NCBI GenBank assembly: GCA_041697335.1
Contig: JBGUGD010000030.1
Coordinates: forward strand, 64,001 to 128,000
Source: Vampirovibrionaceae bacterium NZW_1234
GTDB lineage: Bacteria > Cyanobacteriota > Vampirovibrionia > Vampirovibrionales > JAGQHJ01
Reading direction: 5' to 3'
Length of the DNA stretch: 64,000 bases
Shown: positions 39,751 to 49,308 of the stretch, piece by piece
How positions within the stretch are numbered: the first letter of the stretch is position 1
How the letters are laid out: every line of letters starts with the position of its first letter
The notes under the pieces: model-generated
Told to the model about the DNA's origin: nothing
Databases searched by the model: none
The model's input: only the letters and a program-made list of their open reading frames with translations
Position numbers and translations under genes: made by a program

Positions 39751-41466
39751 ATGCGTATTGGATTTTCAATGGGATCCGGGCTGGTTCGCTTCCAAGGGGC
39801 ATCGGTCGTGGTGACCCGACGTGACGGGGCTTCGGAAGAAACACAGCAACTGGTGGTGGCCGATGGGCGTCGGGTGACGGTGTCTCAGGACAGCCAGGGC
39901 AAATTCAGGCTCAAAAGCACGGATCCGAAATTAAAACGGCATTTTCAGGGGCCGGGGTTTGATCAGGTGCAGATCACCCGCGTCGATGAGCGGAGCAAAG
40001 TTGTGGCCGACGGCTGTGCTCTCACGGTTCAGACCGTTGGGGAAAAAGGCCATCTCTCGGCCATTAATGGGGCGCAGGTCACGGTGGGCCACATTCAAGG
40101 CGGTGCCGTTGCCAGTGATGCGCAATCCCGGATTCAGCCTTTTCTTGCCGCATCAGCGTCGGCTCACACCACAGAGGAACAGGGTGGCCCCCCCAAAACC
40201 GTAACCCTGGATGAGGCTGAAGCCAATCCCTTTTCGGCTCTCGTCTATCAATTTAACCGGGTGGCCGATATGCTGAAGCTTTCTCCCTTTAGTCGAGAGC
40301 TTCTGGCCGGGACCTACCGGGAATTAAGGGTCCAGCTTCCGGTGAAAATGGATGATGGCAGCCAGAAGATCTTTTGGGGGTATCGTGTCCAGCACAATGG
40401 GGCTCGAGGACCCTATAAGGGGGGAATTCGCTTTCATCCCCAGGCCAACCTGGATGAAGTGCGTGCCCTGGCCGCAGGGATGACCTGGAAAACCGCCTTG
40501 ATGGGGTTAGAACTCGGTGGGGCCAAGGGAGGTGTCATTTGTGACCCGGCGAAACTGTCCCGGCGTGAATTGGAGCAACTGACCCGCAAGTACACCCGCA
40601 GTATTGGCAAGATCATTGGCCCGGAGCGCGATATCCCCGGCCCCGATGTGGGGACCAATGAGCAAACCATGGCCTGGATTATGGATCAATACAGCCAGGA
40701 ATTCGGCCACAGCCCCGATGTCGTGACAGGCAAACCGCTGTCGCTGGGTGGAATTGTCGGGCGGACTTCGGCCACGGGGCGAGGGGCTTTCTTCGTTTTG
40801 GAAGAAGCCTGCAAGGATTTGAATCTGCCTTTGAAGGCAAGTACGGCCGTGATTCAGGGCTTTGGCAATGTGGGCTATCACCTGGCCAAGAACATGGCCG
40901 ATGCCGGGGTCAAGGTCATTGCCGTGAGTGCCGTGGATGGGGGCATTGTGTCGGAGTCCGGAGAGGGGCTGGATATTGATGCCCTTAAGGCCTACGCCGA
41001 CCAGCACAAGACATTAATCGGCTTTCCGGGGACCCGACCCATCAGCAATGACGAGATGTTGACGCTCAAAACGGATATTCTGGCCCCTGCGGCTCTGGGC
41101 GAAGTGATTACCGGCAAGAATGCCCATCAGATTCAGGCTCGGCTGATTCTGGAAGGGGCCAACCACCCGACCACGCCCAAGGCCGATGTGATCCTCCAGC
41201 AAAAGGGGGTTGTGGTCGTCCCGGATATTCTGGCCAATGCCGGTGGGGTGACGGTATCCTACTTTGAATGTGCCCAGAATAAGCAATTCTACAAGTGGGA
41301 TGCCCAGCGTGTGGACCAGGAGCTTCGCCAGAAGATGGTCAGCAGCTATCGCCAAGTTAAGACGGTGGCCGATGAGAAGAAGATCCCCATGCGTGATGCT
41401 GCCTTTATGATTGCCATTCAGCGGGTCATGGAGTCGGATAAGGCTCGGGGCTATATTGAAAACTAG
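39751..41466 (+). CDS. gdhA: Glutamate dehydrogenase (Glu/Leu/Phe/Val family) with ~155-aa N-terminal extension
   Basis: GYRVQHN..RGPYKGG, MTWK, GGAKGG, PGPD, QGFGNVG, EGAN.P, PDILANAGGVTVSYFE; start at the ATG after GGGAGG. Confidence 0.88.
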   Translation: MRIGFSMGSGLVRFQGASVVVTRRDGASEETQQLVVADGRRVTVSQDSQGKFRLKSTDPKLKRHFQGPGFDQVQITRVDERSKVVADGCALTVQTVGEKGHLSAINGAQVTVGHIQGGAVASDAQSRIQPFLAASASAHTTEEQGGPPKTVTLDEAEANPFSALVYQFNRVADMLKLSPFSRELLAGTYRELRVQLPVKMDDGSQKIFWGYRVQHNGARGPYKGGIRFHPQANLDEVRALAAGMTWKTALMGLELGGAKGGVICDPAKLSRRELEQLTRKYTRSIGKIIGPERDIPGPDVGTNEQTMAWIMDQYSQEFGHSPDVVTGKPLSLGGIVGRTSATGRGAFFVLEEACKDLNLPLKASTAVIQGFGNVGYHLAKNMADAGVKVIAVSAVDGGIVSESGEGLDIDALKAYADQHKTLIGFPGTRPISNDEMLTLKTDILAPAALGEVITGKNAHQIQARLILEGANHPTTPKADVILQQKGVVVVPDILANAGGVTVSYFECAQNKQFYKWDAQRVDQELRQKMVSSYRQVKTVADEKKIPMRDAAFMIAIQRVMESDKARGYIEN

Positions 41467-41490
41467 TTCTTGCTCTTCCCGACGGTGAAA

Positions 41491-42495
41491 TTAGGCCTGA
41501 CTCTTCTCGTCCAGACGTGTCTTCAGGTCGGCGTAGAGCAGGGCCATCCAACAGGTGCCCAAGGGTAAGAGTAGCGCCGATACGATGGTGTACAGCAGCG
41601 TCTGGATAATTTCATGAGCGAGCAACGCCGGCTTCTCCGCAAGCATCCGGTAGGCCGTGGCCAGAAAGGGATAGTCGGCCTGGGTCTCTAGGACACTGGG
41701 CGTTGTTTTGGAGAGGATGTAGCTGACACCGATCTCCATGCCGCTGGCCAAGAGCTGGGTGAGCTTCAGGGCTTGGCACAGGACCAGCACGAGGGACGGC
41801 AATAAAAACTGGGTTGCAATGACGGCTATGGCCAGAATGGTCAGGGTCTTAAAAATGTCCACACTCACCAGATCGAGGCTTCGAAACAGTGAGGCGCCGG
41901 CCGAGCCCGGCGTGAAGGCGAAGACCTGAAAGACCAGGGAGAAAAAGATGAGAAGGATTCCGCCCAGGACCAAGCCCACCAGAATAATCAGCAGGGCCGC
42001 AATGACACAGCCCCAATACCAATCCGGGTTGGCTGCCGAGATGCTGAGGGGAATCACGGCCAGACCCAGGGGAATAAACAGAATGGCAAACAGAAAGCTC
42101 CAGATGAGGGAGTAGTCCACCGAACGGCTGACGACCCGCAGATAGAACGCATCCACATGGTCACTGGTGCCGTTCTCCACCAGATCCCGGGCCAAGAGGT
42201 TGAGGGCCGTCACCCAGACAATATAGCGCCAGAACCCATGGAAAAAGATGTACATGCCGGGCAGATTGGCCAGCAGAAAGATAAACCACAACGCCCAGAC
42301 ATTGAGCTGGGGGACATAGGTGGTCAACAGGTCGACCGACTCGAAGGTGAGGACAATCCAGAAAATGACGCCGATGAGCTGGGCCCCCAGCGGGTAAAAC
42401 AAGGGGCGTGTCAAACTCAGCCAGTGGTGACCATACACGCCAGTGCCCTGGGTCAGAATCTCGCCAATGGTGCGTCGCTGATAGAACGGCGCCAA
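41491..42495 (-). CDS. Hypothetical multi-pass membrane protein
   Basis: About 6 hydrophobic segments; R.IGEIL N-terminus and LLY.DL..R C-terminus. Confidence 0.75.
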   Translation of the reverse strand: MAPFYQRRTIGEILTQGTGVYGHHWLSLTRPLFYPLGAQLIGVIFWIVLTFESVDLLTTYVPQLNVWALWFIFLLANLPGMYIFFHGFWRYIVWVTALNLLARDLVENGTSDHVDAFYLRVVSRSVDYSLIWSFLFAILFIPLGLAVIPLSISAANPDWYWGCVIAALLIILVGLVLGGILLIFFSLVFQVFAFTPGSAGASLFRSLDLVSVDIFKTLTILAIAVIATQFLLPSLVLVLCQALKLTQLLASGMEIGVSYILSKTTPSVLETQADYPFLATAYRMLAEKPALLAHEIIQTLLYTIVSALLLPLGTCWMALLYADLKTRLDEKSQA

Positions 42496-42522
42496 GGATC
42501 CGCCTTTCGGTGTTTTATGGGA

Positions 42523-43980
42523 TTAATGGTGCAGGACCGGTTCGGCAGCAACCAAGGTTTCCAGCCCTTGTTTAATTTTAGCGAAATTCTCGGGGTTGGT
42601 GGATTCCCAGTAGGCGCGGAGCAAGGGCTCGGTGCCGCTGGGGCGAACCACTAGCCACTCGTAGGTGTCGTTAAAGTAGAGCTTGACGCCGTCTCGGTGG
42701 TCGACCTCGCTGATGGGCAAGCCTTGGAAATCCTGGTCGGGTTTAAAGGCCTTTAACTGATTCACCACGTCGACCTTACGGCTATCGCTCAGGTGATAGT
42801 TCTGAGAATCGTTGTAGAAGCGCATGCCGGCTTCGTTTAAGGTGTCTTCGTAAATCTGGCTCATGGGCTTGCCTTCGTAGGCCATCATTTCCAGGAGCAA
42901 GAGGTCCGCCAGAACGCCGTCCTTCTCGGGGATATGGCCCAGGATGCTGAACCCGCCCGATTCTTCGCCGCCAATAATCACGTCATGCTCTCGCATGGCC
43001 TGGCCAATCCACTTGAACCCGACCGGGGTTTCGATGACCGGGACATTGCCGTAGACTTCGGCCAGGCGATCCAGGAGTTTGGAGGTGGCCAGACTGCGGA
43101 CCACCACGCCGCGGTAGTTTTTGTTCTTGTAGAGGTGCCGGAACATCATCGGTACAATGTCATTGGCAATCAGGAACCGGCCGGTTTCATCCACCACCCC
43201 GAAGCGATCGGCATCCCCGTCCGAGGATAGGCCCAGGTCAAAGCCTTCGGCCTTGACGCGTTGAATCAACTCGGGCAGGTACTCGGCCTTGGGCTCGGGC
43301 ATGGTGCCGCCAAAGAGAGGGTCATGGCCGTCGTTCATGGTGGTGACCTGGATGCCGCACTCTTTTAATAAGGTGTCAATGTAGCCTTGGCCGGCACCGA
43401 ACATGGGATCATACAGGACTTTCAGGTGTTTGGCTTCTGACAGTTTGTCAAAGTCCACCAGGGTCTTCAGGAAGGCCACATATTCGGCGCGCGGGTGAAT
43501 GGTTTCAATGCGGCCTTTCTGGGTCACGTTGGTCGGCGGAACCACTTCGTCCGGGTGGGTTTCAAAGTGGCGGACGTTGGCCACAATCTTGTCGGTAATG
43601 TCCGGCAGGGCGGGACCGGCATATTCGGGAATGAACTTGATGCCCAGGTACTCGGGCGGGTTGTGGCTTGCCGTGAACATCATGGCTCCGGCGGTCTGGT
43701 GTTCCTTGGCGACATAGGCAATCACCGGAGTGGGGTGCCAAGTGTCGGCGAACTCGATGTTCAAGCCGTATTCGGTGAGGATGTTGGCTGCATGGCGGGC
43801 AAACTTATCGGCCAGAAAGCGCAGATCATACCCCACCACCACAGGCCGTTCGGTCCCGAAGCGATCGAGCACGTAAAGGGCTATGGCCCGGGTTACGATT
43901 TCGACGTTGTCAAAGGTAAACTGCTTGGCAATGACTTCACGCCAGCCATCGGTACCGAACTTAATCTGAGACTTCTGCAT
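42523..43980 (-). CDS. Phosphoglucomutase/phosphomannomutase
   Basis: FGTDGWR, TASHNP, DGDADR, GEESG, RPSGTEP. Confidence 0.95.
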   Translation of the reverse strand: MQKSQIKFGTDGWREVIAKQFTFDNVEIVTRAIALYVLDRFGTERPVVVGYDLRFLADKFARHAANILTEYGLNIEFADTWHPTPVIAYVAKEHQTAGAMMFTASHNPPEYLGIKFIPEYAGPALPDITDKIVANVRHFETHPDEVVPPTNVTQKGRIETIHPRAEYVAFLKTLVDFDKLSEAKHLKVLYDPMFGAGQGYIDTLLKECGIQVTTMNDGHDPLFGGTMPEPKAEYLPELIQRVKAEGFDLGLSSDGDADRFGVVDETGRFLIANDIVPMMFRHLYKNKNYRGVVVRSLATSKLLDRLAEVYGNVPVIETPVGFKWIGQAMREHDVIIGGEESGGFSILGHIPEKDGVLADLLLLEMMAYEGKPMSQIYEDTLNEAGMRFYNDSQNYHLSDSRKVDVVNQLKAFKPDQDFQGLPISEVDHRDGVKLYFNDTYEWLVVRPSGTEPLLRAYWESTNPENFAKIKQGLETLVAAEPVLHH

Positions 43981-44146
43981 TGGTCTGTCCTTTCTCCTCG
44001 CTCAGGTTCCCTTGAGAAGGCGCTTGGGTCTGGAAGTATGGATGAGCTTCCTGGCCGGTGCCTGTCACGGGAGATGAGCCACCCGCTTGTATGCTCCAGA
44101 TTGTACCACACAGATGGTAGCGCTTCCCCGACTCTTCTCGGACATC

Positions 44147-46384
44147 CTAGGCCAGCGCGGTGTCTCGGGCGGGCGTGCGATCCACGGCTCGCGCAAAGGC
44201 ATCAAAGGTGCGCGGCTCCAGGGTCTTGAGCAGGTGTAATTTTAAATGGGTATCCAGGTAGCTCACGGCCAGGCCCATATTCAGTTGGCTTTCAATCAGG
44301 CGAAACAGTTCCGGATCCCGATCCTTGAGCTGGCGCCGGGTGGCGTTCTCCGAGCCGTTGTAGACATCAGGAAAGGCGTCGAGGTAATGGTAGAAGTGAT
44401 GGGTGTAGATGGCCATCATGGCCGATCCGCCGTTGGCCAGGTATTCGAAGCGGTTGGTTTTCCCGTAGTCATCGGTGCGGCGCTTGGCCACGGCGTCGGC
44501 ATAAAGCCGCTCCAGGCGGCGCAAGAGTTCCGGATCGCGACTGAGCTTGTGGAAATCCACCTGGTGCCAAATTTCGTGGGTAAAGGTGTTATGGCCCTGG
44601 CTGCTAATCTGGTTCTTGACTGTGACGGCCCCGTTCCATTCATGGGCGTAGCCGGCAATGCTCAGTTCATTGAGGCGGCCGCTGGTGCCTCGGACGCCGA
44701 ATTCCCGCTTGTAGTTTGTGTAGTCCGAAACATAGCGATCGCTGATGAAGTGGCGGCGGCCTTCATTGACAATGCGCTCGATGATGGGCTGGATGGGAAT
44801 TAACGTCCGATCGACCGCGTTGAGTTGTTGCACACTGAGGCGGTCTTCGCCGATGAGAAAGCGTTTGCGAAGGTCTTTGTACTGTTTGGCGGCGTCGCCT
44901 TCGAGGAACTTCTTGATGTAAAAGTCCGGCTCGTTCAGGTTCTCCTGGAGCTTGATGGTCATGGCTTTGGCCGCATAGCGGGTGCGCTCCACCCGGTCGT
45001 AGGTGGCGGCGGTTTTTTCCGGAAGGGTCTGATCGGCAAAGCGCTTTAAGGTGTCCAAGACCTGCTTCTCGTCAACCGGCTTCATTTCAGCCAGGGAATA
45101 CAGCGCCATTTCCTGGGTGGCCGGGGTGTGTTTAGTGTCGTTGAGGATGCCCAACAGATGATTCAGGTTGTCCCGGTTGGGGGTGCGCCCCAGGATCCAG
45201 GCCAGGGTTTGCTGGGTCTGCGGGTGCCCCTCGGCAGACAGGTAGGTCCCCACGGTTTTGGCCATATTGGGGTCTTCCAGCATGGACAACAGGACCAGAT
45301 GAAAACGTTGCTCGGCCCGGCGTTCAGCGGAACCTTCCGTGGCCTTTAGACTTTCATGCACCTGAGTCCGGAAGCCTTCCCATTGGGGGAGCTTGGGGGC
45401 CACGGCATAGAGCCAGCGCATGTTGCGCATGGCTTCAAACTTGGTCTCGCTCACCGGGGTTTTGAAGTAGCGGTTGGCCGAGCGCTCGAAGGTGGCTTTT
45501 TGCTGGGCTTCGGTGAGGTGGTTGAACACCCGGTTTAAGAGGTAATGGCCGTTGGTCTGGATTTGGGCGTTGGGGTTGGCATCGAGAATGGCCGTAACCG
45601 GTTCATACAGCTGCCCTGGGATATCATCAAGAAGCGGGTTTTTGCCCAGGGTGTCGGCCAGGATGTCCTGAAGCCCGCTCATGGCTCGGATGCGGGTTTC
45701 GGTGTCAAAGCGCTTTCGATCGCCGGTGCGGGTCAGATCGTTGGTGAGGGTCATGCTTTGATCGTCATAGAAGCGCACGCGGCTAGGTGCCGGGGCTTTG
45801 ATGTCGTCCAGCATCCGATGGGCCCAGAGGCTATGCACCACGTACTGGTAGGTGCGGCTGCCGTCACGGGCCTCGTTGATCCAGAAGTGATAGGAATTGG
45901 CAAAATTGGCGTGCTCCTGGGCCCGTTCTGCCGAGCCTGGGACGGTGGCTTCCACCCGTTGGTACCATTGGTCCATCTCCTTGGCCCACTGAATCTGGTT
46001 GGCTGACAGGGTGCCATCACCGGTCTGGGTGGTTGCCCCTTTGGTGTCGGCGGGCGCCGGGGCTGCGGGCATCCGGCTGGGTGCCACGCCGTTTAAGGGC
46101 ATCGGGCGACTGCTGGTCGTTGGTGCCGGACTGGGGCCATGGGGACCGTCGTGGCCCCGGCTGGTGTTGGCAGCCCAAGGGGCCAGGGCCAAGCATGTCC
46201 AGAGCAGGGCTTTTCCAAAAGGCCTTCCCGTTGTGGCTTTTTTGCCGAAGCGAAGGTCTACCCGGTCCATCGAGCCGGGTATGGCTGGAGTCGTCCTGGG
46301 GCGACCTGCCTTGAATGTCTCATGTCGTTTTTCCCTGGCCGCCGCTGCCAATGGCAGGTGCATGCCCAATCCCAATTTGTCCAT
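44147..46384 (-). CDS. HEAT-like repeat protein with C-terminal HEXXH zinc metallopeptidase domain
   Basis: HEIWH followed by DYGKTNRFEYLA and LKDRDPELF; central helical repeats (LAWILG, ALYSLAE); start uncertain (46384 or 46363). Confidence 0.7.
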   Translation of the reverse strand: MDKLGLGMHLPLAAAAREKRHETFKAGRPRTTPAIPGSMDRVDLRFGKKATTGRPFGKALLWTCLALAPWAANTSRGHDGPHGPSPAPTTSSRPMPLNGVAPSRMPAAPAPADTKGATTQTGDGTLSANQIQWAKEMDQWYQRVEATVPGSAERAQEHANFANSYHFWINEARDGSRTYQYVVHSLWAHRMLDDIKAPAPSRVRFYDDQSMTLTNDLTRTGDRKRFDTETRIRAMSGLQDILADTLGKNPLLDDIPGQLYEPVTAILDANPNAQIQTNGHYLLNRVFNHLTEAQQKATFERSANRYFKTPVSETKFEAMRNMRWLYAVAPKLPQWEGFRTQVHESLKATEGSAERRAEQRFHLVLLSMLEDPNMAKTVGTYLSAEGHPQTQQTLAWILGRTPNRDNLNHLLGILNDTKHTPATQEMALYSLAEMKPVDEKQVLDTLKRFADQTLPEKTAATYDRVERTRYAAKAMTIKLQENLNEPDFYIKKFLEGDAAKQYKDLRKRFLIGEDRLSVQQLNAVDRTLIPIQPIIERIVNEGRRHFISDRYVSDYTNYKREFGVRGTSGRLNELSIAGYAHEWNGAVTVKNQISSQGHNTFTHEIWHQVDFHKLSRDPELLRRLERLYADAVAKRRTDDYGKTNRFEYLANGGSAMMAIYTHHFYHYLDAFPDVYNGSENATRRQLKDRDPELFRLIESQLNMGLAVSYLDTHLKLHLLKTLEPRTFDAFARAVDRTPARDTALA

Positions 46385-46608
46385 ACGAGTCGTTCCCCAA
46401 CCTATCAAATAAACGGTGTAAACCGGGTATAAACCATCCCAACTTTGTTTAGAAAAGCATCAAATCTGATGCGGAAGAACCTGTATCATTGGACAAAGGC
46501 TCAGTGGTGTCAAGCCCGTAGGATGCGGATTTTGCGTAATTGTAACGGTTGACCCTGACGCGCACGCAAAGGGTTGAATCCATGAGACATCTGGGCTAAA
46601 GTACCCCT

Positions 46609-47973
46609 ATGGTTTCAACAGATGTCTCAACCTTAAACGACTATTCTAAACCGGAGTCGACTTCGACGGACGGGCCGAAAAAGATTGGCTTTGTGCATTT
46701 GGGGTGCCCCAAGAACCTGGTGGACACCGAAAACATGCTGGGCCTGCTCAGCCATGCCGGACACCAGATTGTGGGCGACGAGTCGGAAGCCGACGTGATG
46801 CTGGTGAACACCTGCTCCTTTATCGACAAGGCCCAGGAGGAGTCGGTGCGCAACCTGGTGCATCTGGCCGAAGCGGGGAAGAAGATCATTATCACCGGGT
46901 GCCTGTCGCAAAAGTATCAGGATGAGCTTCTGGACCTGATTCCCGAGGCCGATGCCGTGGTGGGGACCGGGGACCTTGATAAGATTGTGGATGTGGTGGA
47001 CCGGGTTAACCGCGGGGAGCGGGTCATCTCCATTACCCAGGACCCGACCTACATTCTGGAAGACGACAGCAAGCGGATGCACATCACGGTGGGCTCCTAT
47101 GTCTACGTCAAGATTGCCGAAGGCTGCGATTACCGTTGTTCCTTCTGTATCATTCCCTCTATGCGGGGCGATTTCCGAAGCCGGACCCTGACGTCCATTG
47201 TGGATGATGCCAAGCGCTTCGTCGAAAAAGGGGTTTCCGAGATTATTTTGGTGGGACAGGACACCACCAGCTATGGCAAGGACTGTGACAGCAACCTTCC
47301 GGCCTTGTTGCGGGCCTTGAACGAGGTCGACGGCCTCCAGTGGATCCGCTTTATGTATGCCTACCCCAATCTGGTGAGCGATGAGCTGCTGGAGACCATT
47401 GCCGAGTGTGACAAGCTGGTCAAGTACATGGATTGTCCCTTGCAGCACATGCATCCTGAGGTCTTGCGCCGGATGCGCCGACCCGTGATGGATCACGTGG
47501 CCTTTGCCGAGCGGGTTCGTGCCAAAGTTCCGGACATTCGTCTGAGAACAGGGCTGATTGTCGGCTTCCCCGGGGAAACCGAAGCCCACTTCGAGTATTT
47601 GCTGGACACCATTCAGCAGGTCGAGTTCGATCGCCTGGGTGTGTTTGAATACTCTGATGTGGAAGGGGCCCACAGCCGAGGTCTGGATGGCAAGGTGCCC
47701 AAGAAGGAGATTGCCCGCCGTCGCAAAGCCGTGATGGAAGTCCAGCAGCAGATTTCCCTGCGCAAGAACCAGGCCTTGATCGGCCAGGTGCTGCCGGTGC
47801 TGGTGGACACGGCTGATCCCAACCGAAACACCTTTGAAGGTCGCACCCAGTGGGATGCCCCCGAGATTGACAACCGGGTGCTGGGCAAAGGCCCTGCTGT
47901 TCCGGGCGAAATTGTCCAATTTGAAGTGCAGTCCGTGACGCCCTACGATTTGAAAGGCATCGCCTTGTTCTAG
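46609..47973 (+). CDS. rimO: Ribosomal protein S12 methylthiotransferase RimO
   Basis: LGCPKNLVD, VNTC.FI, radical SAM CxxxCxxC (CDYRCSFC), DAPEID, TRAM domain. Confidence 0.95.
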   Translation: MVSTDVSTLNDYSKPESTSTDGPKKIGFVHLGCPKNLVDTENMLGLLSHAGHQIVGDESEADVMLVNTCSFIDKAQEESVRNLVHLAEAGKKIIITGCLSQKYQDELLDLIPEADAVVGTGDLDKIVDVVDRVNRGERVISITQDPTYILEDDSKRMHITVGSYVYVKIAEGCDYRCSFCIIPSMRGDFRSRTLTSIVDDAKRFVEKGVSEIILVGQDTTSYGKDCDSNLPALLRALNEVDGLQWIRFMYAYPNLVSDELLETIAECDKLVKYMDCPLQHMHPEVLRRMRRPVMDHVAFAERVRAKVPDIRLRTGLIVGFPGETEAHFEYLLDTIQQVEFDRLGVFEYSDVEGAHSRGLDGKVPKKEIARRRKAVMEVQQQISLRKNQALIGQVLPVLVDTADPNRNTFEGRTQWDAPEIDNRVLGKGPAVPGEIVQFEVQSVTPYDLKGIALF

Positions 47974-48042
47974 GGGCTGGAGTCTGCGACACGACGGTTT
48001 CATTTTTTGACTCGTGTTGACGCTGTTTGGCGTTTGCGGTCG

Positions 48043-48744
48043 TCAGGATGCGGCGCCGGTGGCGTCGGTCGGCTCAAGGAGATGGGCGGCTTTTTCCCAA
48101 AGATCCCAGTAGGTGAGGGTTGATATCGGTTTTTTGACTCGATTTGACTCATGTGGAGTGGGCTGTGGCGGCATTAGGGTCATGGTGCCCAGGGGGTCGG
48201 GGCGTTGTGTGGTCGGGCCGACGGTTACTGGCTCAGGTGCTGTGGGCGCGGGGGTGTTTGTTGAGGCGACTTCAGTGCCGGGTTGTGGTTCCACGGTTGC
48301 GGGTGGGGCTGGTGCTTCGTCGGTTGCATCCGAATCGGTCTCAGTCCACTCCTCGGTCCCTGGGGCTATGGGGGTATTGTAGGTCTCAATGACTTCCTTG
48401 ATACGGTTTGGTGCAGGCAAGGCCATGGTGAGGGCCGCACGCACGATGGGACTCGGGATACGATCCAGGGCATGCCAGTTCAAGGAGCCGTCGGCGTTTA
48501 AGAGAGCGTCCAGAATTTTCCCCAGGACGGCCATGGCTTTTTGGGAAAGCTCCCGCTGGGTCTCCAGCATCTCCTCTGCCACCTGGGTTCGGATTTCTTC
48601 ACGCCGGGTGTACCATCCTTGGCGGGTCACGATGTTTCGGATCTGTTTGGGCGAGAGTCCAAAGCGCTTGGCCAAGTGTCTTGGGGCGGCCCCTGCCATA
48701 TAGGCCCGTTGGACTTCGGTCCAATCGATGGTGGATGCAGTCAT
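48043..48744 (-). CDS. Hypothetical protein with N-terminal HTH resembling phage terminase small subunits
   Basis: AGGAGG SD; IDW..V...Y..G.....LAKRFGLS...I......GW pattern; Pro/Thr-rich tail. Confidence 0.55.
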   Translation of the reverse strand: MTASTIDWTEVQRAYMAGAAPRHLAKRFGLSPKQIRNIVTRQGWYTRREEIRTQVAEEMLETQRELSQKAMAVLGKILDALLNADGSLNWHALDRIPSPIVRAALTMALPAPNRIKEVIETYNTPIAPGTEEWTETDSDATDEAPAPPATVEPQPGTEVASTNTPAPTAPEPVTVGPTTQRPDPLGTMTLMPPQPTPHESNRVKKPISTLTYWDLWEKAAHLLEPTDATGAAS

Positions 48745-49308
48745 AAAAACCTCCTGTATGTCTCTAGTACCCGATGAGACCGTGTCTCATGGGTATTATA
48801 TCTTTTTTATATCCTAAAACCCGGCATTTTAAGACAATCTTAAGATTTAAGATCGTGAAAAGGCCTTTTAGGCAAGGGTTTTTTAGATTTATATAGGTTA
48901 GAAGCCCTGTATTTTCGGTTTTCTTGTGGCGTTATTGGGCTGTGATGAACTAATATCAGAAGGCTTGCTCGGGTGGATGAGGAGCGCATGAGGGTGTCGA
49001 GCGCGGTGTTGATGGGGCCACCTTCATAACCACTACCAGACATCGCTATCACTCAGAACCGCTTGGGGCTTGATACTGTTGCGTGAGCTTCTACCAGCAC
49101 CCTCATGCCCCCTTATGGGGTCTAAACCACACCAGGGCGGTAAAAAAGGATCTCCTAACCCGATGGGTAATGGGCCAATGGGGAGGGGGAGGCTGGACCA
49201 ACGGGCAATGTGAGGGGGGCTGGACGCGGGATGATGGGGACAGACGATGAGAGACAGACCGCCCTGGCTCCGGGCCAAGGGCGATGCATACAAGGAGAAT
49301 TCCCCGCC

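Noticed and set aside
43950..43980. KFG at the N-terminus of PGM/PMM as another leader motif
   Set aside because: Part of the conserved FGTDG family motif, not an appended leader; it shows that chance matches to the motif occur.
46633..48003. 456-aa antisense ORF over rimO
   Set aside because: Shadow ORF of a GC-rich, codon-biased gene; no recognisable motifs.
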